This document shows, one piece after another, positions 16,771-22,820 of a stretch of DNA of 32,000 nt (within the stretch, counting starts at the first letter, position 1; every line of letters starts with the position of its first letter). A program made the translations under genes and the position numbers. Source of the DNA: Methylophaga frappieri (lineage in GTDB: Bacteria; Pseudomonadota; Gammaproteobacteria; Nitrosococcales; Methylophagaceae); NCBI RefSeq assembly GCF_000260965.1, contig NC_017856.1:1-32000 (forward strand), in the 5' to 3' direction. A model generated the notes under the pieces. That model was not told where the DNA came from and ran no database searches. It saw only the letters and a list, made by a program, of their open reading frames with translations.

Positions 16771-17055
16771 TTAGTTGTTTAGCCAACCGGATAAAGCCGT
16801 CACGATTTGTTGTGCCTGATCGCGACTGGAAATATTAAATTTTGAGCGTTGGCCGTATTCACCGTTACGTTTCTGATAGCGGCGAATGGTGTATTTATCG
16901 GGGCCGAATTCACCCGTTTTACGATCCAGATCCTGATAGCGAAACAGGATGGTTGTCCAAGCGCCTTTGCTAAGTACCACCTTGTCCAACTCCTTAACAG
17001 TCATGAGCTCACCCTCATGATAGCTGACGGTCAGTTCTTCAACTGATTCTGACAT
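16771..17055 (-). CDS. small hypothetical protein (94 aa)
   Basis: ATG with AAGGA 9 nt upstream, 20 nt after the apeB stop. It is soluble and charged, with the core ...KGAWTTILFRYQDLDRKTGEFGPDKYTIRRYQKRNGEY... I recognise no family with confidence. Confidence 0.6.
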   Translation of the reverse strand: MSESVEELTVSYHEGELMTVKELDKVVLSKGAWTTILFRYQDLDRKTGEFGPDKYTIRRYQKRNGEYGQRSKFNISSRDQAQQIVTALSGWLNN

Positions 17056-17075
17056 AGTTAAATTATCCTTATGAT

Positions 17076-18368
17076 TTAATTAAAAAAGTAGTTAAGTGCA
17101 GAATAGAGATAATAGGGATCTTGACTGCCTGCTAACTCTCGAATTGAATGCATGGCAAAAGTGGGAACACCGATATCAATCGTACGTATGCCGATTTGGC
17201 CGGCGGTTAATGGGCCGATTGTGCTGCCACAGGCCATATCTGTGCGAACAACAAAATCCTGAACGGGTACGTCAGCCTGCTGGCAAAGGTGACGAAACAT
17301 GGCCGCAGTTTCACTATTTGTGGCATAACGCTGATTAGCATTGGTTTTGATGACCGGCCCCCTGTTCAGGAGTGGACCGTGTGCTGCATCATGTCTATCA
17401 GCATAATTCGGATGAATTGCGTGGGCATTATCCGCCGAGATCAGCCAGGAATTCGCGATCATCCGGGCGTATTGCTCCGGTGTTTGAGTTAAACGCTGTA
17501 ACACCGATTGCAGGAAATTCCCCTGTGCGCCAGATGCTGACATACTGCCAACCTCTTCATGGTCATTGCATACCAGCATGGCAGGACGATTTGATGCTGT
17601 TAATAATGCTTGCAGACCGGTGTAGCAACTTAACAGGTTATCCAGCCGGGCGGCACTGATAAAGTCGTTGTTGAGACCGGTAAAGCCAGCTGGCTGGGTA
17701 TCGTACAACGCAATTTCGTAATCCATGACTGTGCCGATGGGATGATCCGCATGTTCCGTACGGATTTGTTGTTCCAGCAACGCACGAAAATCAGGCTGCT
17801 CGCCCGGCTCCGTATGCATAATAATTGGCGGCAAGTGTTGCTGTGGATTAATACTCCGGTTTTGATTCGCCTCCCTGTCCAAATGAATTGCCAGGCTCGG
17901 TATGACCGCCAGTGGTTTCTGGAAATTGATCAGAACGTGTTGTAACTGGCCCTTTTGATCGAGATAACTGACCCGCCCAGCCATTGATAAATCACGATCA
18001 AACCAAGGATTCAATAAAGCACCGCCATAGACTTCTACGCCAAGCTGCCAAAGTTGTTGGCTAACATTTTCTGGACGGGGTTTGACTTTCAGGCAAGGAC
18101 TGTCGGTATGTGCGCCCAATAACCGCACCCCCTGCTCTGCCAGATTACACGCTTCAGGCAACGTGAACGCGATGAGTGAAGAGCCATTGCGGATGATGTA
18201 GTAACGCCCGGCAGCCAGCGTTCCCCAAGCGGCTTGTTCCGATAAAGGTTTAAAGCCTTGCTTGCCTAATTCAGCGACCAGTGACTGGACGGCGTGAAAA
18301 GGCGTTGGGGACGCGTCCAGAAAAGAAAATAAATTTTGGTTAAAAGTCGTGCTGTTGTCTACCATCAT
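17076..18368 (-). CDS. apeB: M18 family aminopeptidase (aspartyl aminopeptidase-like)
   Basis: 430 aa with LLGAHTDSPCLKVKP, DHEEVGS and the C-terminal FAMHSIRE motif, characteristic of M18 metallopeptidases. Confidence 0.9.
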   Translation of the reverse strand: MMVDNSTTFNQNLFSFLDASPTPFHAVQSLVAELGKQGFKPLSEQAAWGTLAAGRYYIIRNGSSLIAFTLPEACNLAEQGVRLLGAHTDSPCLKVKPRPENVSQQLWQLGVEVYGGALLNPWFDRDLSMAGRVSYLDQKGQLQHVLINFQKPLAVIPSLAIHLDREANQNRSINPQQHLPPIIMHTEPGEQPDFRALLEQQIRTEHADHPIGTVMDYEIALYDTQPAGFTGLNNDFISAARLDNLLSCYTGLQALLTASNRPAMLVCNDHEEVGSMSASGAQGNFLQSVLQRLTQTPEQYARMIANSWLISADNAHAIHPNYADRHDAAHGPLLNRGPVIKTNANQRYATNSETAAMFRHLCQQADVPVQDFVVRTDMACGSTIGPLTAGQIGIRTIDIGVPTFAMHSIRELAGSQDPYYLYSALNYFFN

Positions 18369-18434
18369 ATGCTCAATGAAACCCGTTTGTCAGGGCGCAC
18401 AGTGTAACGATTTTTCAGAGAAATCACAGTGCAT

Positions 18435-18884
18435 TCAATCATCTTGAATAACTTGACCACGATAAATCCGTTTGCTTTTTGTTGCTGGCTTAAGACTGGA
18501 ATCTGGTTGTGGCTTGGTATCGATAGCGACGGCAAACTTCTGACCCCGATAAACACGTTGTTGCATTTCAGGCTGGGGAGCATCAATGGGCTGACGTCGA
18601 ATACCGAGACGACTAAAAATATCTTGCTCCGCTGCGATGTTAGCCCGGCTGCTGAGAGGCATTTGTAATGCACTATTAAATTGACAGGCCTGAATAGTCA
18701 GCTTTGGCAGCATATCGGCGACGTCCGCACCTCTGGTGGTACCGCAGGACATAGCCACAATTCGGCCCTTATCAAAGACGACATGACATGCCTTATTATC
18801 AGTTGTAGTTAAAAATAATGTGCCCGAATCCCCTTCAGCACAGTGACGGAGAATAATGCAGAATAATTCGGTTGTTTCCAGCAT
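18435..18884 (-). CDS. stand-alone DUF4388/PATAN-like domain protein with duplicated R[VI]YRGQ C-terminal motif
   Basis: 149 aa with AAGGGG 4-5 nt upstream. The N-terminal ~75 aa fit the DUF4388 pattern (L..ilr.....SGTLFL.......~V.FDKGRIVA......RGADVADML). The C-terminal half is low-complexity, P/Q/K-rich, and carries two RxYRGQ hexapeptides. Confidence 0.65.
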   Translation of the reverse strand: MLETTELFCIILRHCAEGDSGTLFLTTTDNKACHVVFDKGRIVAMSCGTTRGADVADMLPKLTIQACQFNSALQMPLSSRANIAAEQDIFSRLGIRRQPIDAPQPEMQQRVYRGQKFAVAIDTKPQPDSSLKPATKSKRIYRGQVIQDD

Positions 18885-18911
18885 AAAGCCCCTTTACCAA
18901 AAAATGGCGAT

Positions 18912-19343
18912 TCAGGATTCCTCATCGGCTTCATTGCACTCTTTTTTACGCAGACGCTTTGCCAATCCACCATGTAATCGGCATCTATCGGCGAGCGCCC
19001 CCATTCCCCAAGCTTCAGGTGGTCGAATTGCCACGCTGCGTTTACAGAGTTTGCCACCGGGTAAACGTGCTCCGCAAGCGGGACGATAGCGTTTTACTTT
19101 TTCCCAGCCTTCCAACGTTTGATGTGCTTTGCGAATTGCTTTGACATCACGGGCTGAAAGCTGGTCTTGAATGACAGGTTGCGTGGTCTGATCTGTTTGC
19201 CGCCACCAATAGCGAACTACGGGTACCGGCAGCCCAAAGCGGCGGGCTAGATCATCCGGTTTTCTGAAAATTTCTCGTTCGAGCAGAAAGATCGCGGCCG
19301 CTTCTAGGCGTGCCGTAAAGTCACGGCTTTGTTCAGGTGTCAT
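18912..19343 (-). CDS. hypothetical protein with an HTH-like N-terminus and a divergent HGG-type Cys4 zinc ribbon
   Basis: The ATG at 19343 (MTPEQSRDF...) overlaps the ycgN end by 11 nt. The alternative TTG at 19394 would overlap it by 62 nt, and neither has a clear SD. PDDLARRFGLPVPVVRYWW is HTH-like. CGARLPGGKLCKRS-(18 aa)-RCRLHGG resembles the HGGxSTG-type repeat but carries an insertion and lacks STG. Confidence 0.55.
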   Translation of the reverse strand: MTPEQSRDFTARLEAAAIFLLEREIFRKPDDLARRFGLPVPVVRYWWRQTDQTTQPVIQDQLSARDVKAIRKAHQTLEGWEKVKRYRPACGARLPGGKLCKRSVAIRPPEAWGMGALADRCRLHGGLAKRLRKKECNEADEES

Positions 19344-19806
19344 GCGGGTAATGGGGTTTACGAAGGGCAATGACCTCTTCGGTAATATCGTCAACTTGAT
19401 GTTCAGGAATCGCTACATCTCGAATCGAAATCCCCGCTCTGACCACGGATTGTGGATCGCCACTGACTAACGGGTGCCAATTTGGTAAAGGCTCGCCTTC
19501 TGCTAGCAAACGATAAGCGCAGGTATCCGGCAACCAATCGAAATAATGGGCATTGGCGATACCAAGTTCAATGCATTCTGGCACCCGTTGTTGACGATTT
19601 GGATAATCACTGCAGCGGCAGGTATCAATATCGAGCAAATTACACGCCGCACGCGTGTAATACATTCGACCATCTTGCTCATCTTCCAGCTTTTGTAAGC
19701 AACAGCGACCGCAGCCATCACACAAGGATTCCCACTCATCGTGGCTCATTTGGCTCAGACGTTTATGTTTCCAGAATTCGGTGGATGTTTTATGCTGGGC
19801 GGACAT
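19333..19806 (-). CDS. ycgN: YcgN family cysteine-cluster protein (UPF0260)
   Basis: The start is set at the ATG at 19806 by colinearity with E. coli YcgN: FWKHKRLSQMSHDEWESLCDGCGRCCLQKL...TCRCSDY...WLPDTCAYRLLAEGEPLPNWHPL. Confidence 0.9.
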   Translation of the reverse strand: MSAQHKTSTEFWKHKRLSQMSHDEWESLCDGCGRCCLQKLEDEQDGRMYYTRAACNLLDIDTCRCSDYPNRQQRVPECIELGIANAHYFDWLPDTCAYRLLAEGEPLPNWHPLVSGDPQSVVRAGISIRDVAIPEHQVDDITEEVIALRKPHYPHDT

Positions 19807-19995
19807 GGCAAAGACTCTTTCACATTTGGCATTGCTTGGATTCGTGGTGTTCATTCAATACGCCGCGTTATGATGTCCGGATGATTTGGCTGCACCCCGA
19901 AACCAGCTTGCACAAGATAGCAGATATTCCTATTCGACAACACCAAATGGTAGGTCGTCACAAATCTGTCATTAAAGGATCTTAGACTTCTCCAC

Positions 19996-22077
19996 ATGGA
20001 AAATTCAATTGATTTAAGTAGCCCCGAACTATTCTTGAACCGCGAAATCAGTTTGCTGGAATTTAACTGGCGGGTTTTGCAGCAAGCACTTGATCCGAAT
20101 GTGCCTTTGCTGGAGCGGCTCAACTATTTGTGTATTTCCAGTACCAATCTGGATGAATTTTTTGAAGTTCGAGTTGCCGGCCTGATTCAGCAACTGGAAA
20201 TTGGCGATCCTTACCTTGAGGCGGATCAAATCAGTGCGCAGGAAGTATTGAGGCTAATCAGTGCACGTGCCCATGAGCTTGTTGAAGAGCAGTACACGGT
20301 ATTGAATGAAGTGCTACTTCCGGAACTGGAAGTTCAAGGCATTCGCGTACTGCCCCGGGCAATGTGGACGGAACAACATAATGCGTGGCTGGAAAAATAT
20401 TTTCAGGAAGAAATTTTGCCAATCTTGAGTCCAATCGGACTCGATTCTGCCCACCCTTTCCCACGCTTACTTAATAAAAGCTTGAATTTCATTGTGTCAT
20501 TGGTCGGCAAAGACGCCTTTGGACGGGATCGAGGGTATGCGATTTTGCAGGCACCGCGCGCGCTGCCACGCGTGATCCAACTACCGGCAGAGTTAAGTGA
20601 TTCCGGCCAGTATCACTTTGTCTTTTTGTCATCCATTATTCACGCGTTTGCTGAGGATTTATTCTTTGGCATGAAGGTCAAGGGCTGCTATCAGTTTCGG
20701 GTTACCCGCAATAGTGATTTAGCCATTGATACTGAAGAAACCAGTGACTTGCTGGCCACCATTGCGGATGAATTAACCCATCGCAATTATGGTGATGAGG
20801 TTCGTCTGGAAATTGCGCATAACTGCCCGGAAGACATGGTAAATTTCCTGCGTGAACAATGTGGGATGCATCAGGATAACGTCTACCTGGTCAATGGGCC
20901 GGTTAACTTGAGTCGTATTCAGGCATTGCACTCGCTGGTTGAACGCCCGGATATGAAGTTCAAACCGTTCACACAAGGTCGTGCCAGAGGCATGACATCA
21001 GATGCGGACTTGTTTGCCAGCATCAAAAAACATGATCATTTGCTGCATCACCCCTTTGAATCTTTCGGCCCGATTGTGGATTTAATCAAACAGGCGGCGG
21101 CAGATAGTAGCGTTCTGGCAATTAAACAAACGCTTTATCGAACCGGCGCCAGTTCACCAATTGTTGATGCATTAGTGGCTGCGGCACATGCTGGCAAGGA
21201 AGTGACGGTAGTGGTAGAGCTACGCGCCCGCTTTGATGAAGAAGCCAATGTGGCATTGGCTGCCAAATTGCAGGAAGCCGGCGCCCATGTGGTTTACGGC
21301 ATTGTTGGCTACAAAACACATGCCAAAATGTTGTTGATATTACGCAGAGAAAACAATAAGTTACGCCGTTATGTGCACCTTGGTACCGGTAATTATCATC
21401 GTAGCACTTCGCGAGTATATACCGATTACGGCCTGTTAACGTCGGATAAGCAGATCGGTGAAGATGTGAATAATTTATTTATTCAACTGACCAGCTTGGG
21501 TAAGGTGCCGGGCATGCACAAGTTACTGCATGCCCCTTTCACACTGCATGAAAGACTGTTGAATAAAATTGATCGAGAAATTGACCATGCGATTCAAGGC
21601 AAACCAGCCCGAATTATCATCAAGGTAAACTCGGTGGTAGAACCTGAAATGGTACAAGCGTTTTACCGGGCATCGATGGCTGGTGTGAGGGTTGATCTGA
21701 TTGTGCGTGGTATTTGTACTCTCAAACCTGGGGTTGAAGGTATTTCTGATAATATTCACGTGCGCAGTATTATTGGTCGTTTTCTTGAGCATACGCGTGT
21801 TTATTATTTTGAAAATGATGGCCAGCCTGAAGTCTGGTGTGCCAGTGCAGATTTGATGAAACGAAATTTGCTGCGCCGTGTGGAAACGGCTTTTCCCGTT
21901 GAGTCAAACAAATTACGGCAACGCATCATTGAGGATCTGCTGCTCTATCTGGCCGATAACAGTCAAGCATGGATCTTATCGCAAGATGGTCGTTATAAAC
22001 GTGCAGATACTCCAGAGGATGGTGAAAAAATTGCAGCGCAGTCACGCTTGCTGGAGCAAATGGCCGCCCAATTTTAA
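19996..22077 (+). CDS. ppk: polyphosphate kinase 1
   Basis: 693 aa, colinear with E. coli PPK1: NRE(I/L)S.LEFN.RVLQ.A, SNLDEFFEVRV, the autophosphorylated-His region GYKTHAKMLL, and two PLD-like HxK-type segments. Confidence 0.95.
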   Translation: MENSIDLSSPELFLNREISLLEFNWRVLQQALDPNVPLLERLNYLCISSTNLDEFFEVRVAGLIQQLEIGDPYLEADQISAQEVLRLISARAHELVEEQYTVLNEVLLPELEVQGIRVLPRAMWTEQHNAWLEKYFQEEILPILSPIGLDSAHPFPRLLNKSLNFIVSLVGKDAFGRDRGYAILQAPRALPRVIQLPAELSDSGQYHFVFLSSIIHAFAEDLFFGMKVKGCYQFRVTRNSDLAIDTEETSDLLATIADELTHRNYGDEVRLEIAHNCPEDMVNFLREQCGMHQDNVYLVNGPVNLSRIQALHSLVERPDMKFKPFTQGRARGMTSDADLFASIKKHDHLLHHPFESFGPIVDLIKQAAADSSVLAIKQTLYRTGASSPIVDALVAAAHAGKEVTVVVELRARFDEEANVALAAKLQEAGAHVVYGIVGYKTHAKMLLILRRENNKLRRYVHLGTGNYHRSTSRVYTDYGLLTSDKQIGEDVNNLFIQLTSLGKVPGMHKLLHAPFTLHERLLNKIDREIDHAIQGKPARIIIKVNSVVEPEMVQAFYRASMAGVRVDLIVRGICTLKPGVEGISDNIHVRSIIGRFLEHTRVYYFENDGQPEVWCASADLMKRNLLRRVETAFPVESNKLRQRIIEDLLLYLADNSQAWILSQDGRYKRADTPEDGEKIAAQSRLLEQMAAQF

Positions 22078-22820
22078 TGAATAAGCTGGCTTTTTTTAAT
22101 CTCAAGGGCGGTGTAGGTAAAACGACCTCTGCCGTGAATATCGCATGGCATGCGGCGCAGGATGGCATTCCAACATTGCTCTGGGATCTTGATCCGCAAG
22201 GTGCCGCAAGCTGGTTGCTGCACCGTAAAGCAAAATCTAAAAGTGAACCCAAGAAAGTCCTGGCAGGTAAAACGGCAATAGGTGAACTGGTCAAGGCTAC
22301 CGATTATCCTAATCTGGATATTATCCCTGCCGATTTTTCTTTTCGTGAATTTGATGTCTTATTGTCAGACATCACAGATAAGCAAAATGCGGTAGACAAA
22401 TTACTGGCGCCATTCAGTGAGCGTTATGCTCTGATAATTCTGGATTGTCCGCCGAGCTTTTCGACATTAAGTGAACAAATATTTGATACGGCGGATGTGT
22501 TGTACATGCCGCTAATACCAACCCACTTGTCACTGCGTACTTTTGAGCAAACACGCGACTTTTTCAAACAGCACAAGCTCAAACCCAAACGGCTTCGGCC
22601 TTTTTTTAATATGGTTGATCGTCGGCGATCGCTCCATCGGGTCATGATTTCGCATCCTCCCAAAATGCTCAAGAACGGATTACAGTCGACAATCCCCTAC
22701 GCGGCAGTAGTGGAACGAATGGGCGATTTCCAGGCACCATTAGGTAGCTTTGCAGAAAACACGCCCGTTGCGCAGGCTTACGCTAATTTGTGGCAAGAAA
22801 TAAAAGCAGATTTCCCCTAG
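22077..22820 (+). CDS. orphan ParA/MinD-family (deviant Walker A) ATPase
   Basis: 247 aa. The N-terminal LAFFNLKGGVGKTTSAVNIA contains the signature Lys of KGGxxGKT. It also has DLDPQG, ILDCPPS and MVDRR motifs. The ATG overlaps the ppk TAA (TAATG at 22075-22079). No ParB-like gene is adjacent. Confidence 0.85.
   Translation: MNKLAFFNLKGGVGKTTSAVNIAWHAAQDGIPTLLWDLDPQGAASWLLHRKAKSKSEPKKVLAGKTAIGELVKATDYPNLDIIPADFSFREFDVLLSDITDKQNAVDKLLAPFSERYALIILDCPPSFSTLSEQIFDTADVLYMPLIPTHLSLRTFEQTRDFFKQHKLKPKRLRPFFNMVDRRRSLHRVMISHPPKMLKNGLQSTIPYAAVVERMGDFQAPLGSFAENTPVAQAYANLWQEIKADFP

Noticed and set aside
18398-18431. A direct repeat of the heptamer CACAGTG (18398-18404 and 18425-18431) lies in the spacer between the DUF4388-like gene and apeB.
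   Set aside because: Two copies of a 7-mer 27 nt apart are easily explained by chance. There is no associated hairpin or palindrome, and it may just be part of the apeB leader.
18912-19394. A possible prophage or mobile-element remnant, suggested by the HTH plus HGG-type zinc-ribbon protein.
   Set aside because: There is no integrase, transposase, terminase, flanking direct or inverted repeats, or tRNA attachment site. The neighbours are core genes on the same strand with overlapping or short spacers.
19482-19985. A 167-aa plus-strand ORF lies antisense to ycgN. It includes a possible 34-codon uORF (ATG 19881 to stop 19985) ending 10 nt before the ppk start.
   Set aside because: Most of it is antisense to a gene with strong YcgN homology. 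The short intergenic part has no SD and no recognisable peptide features.
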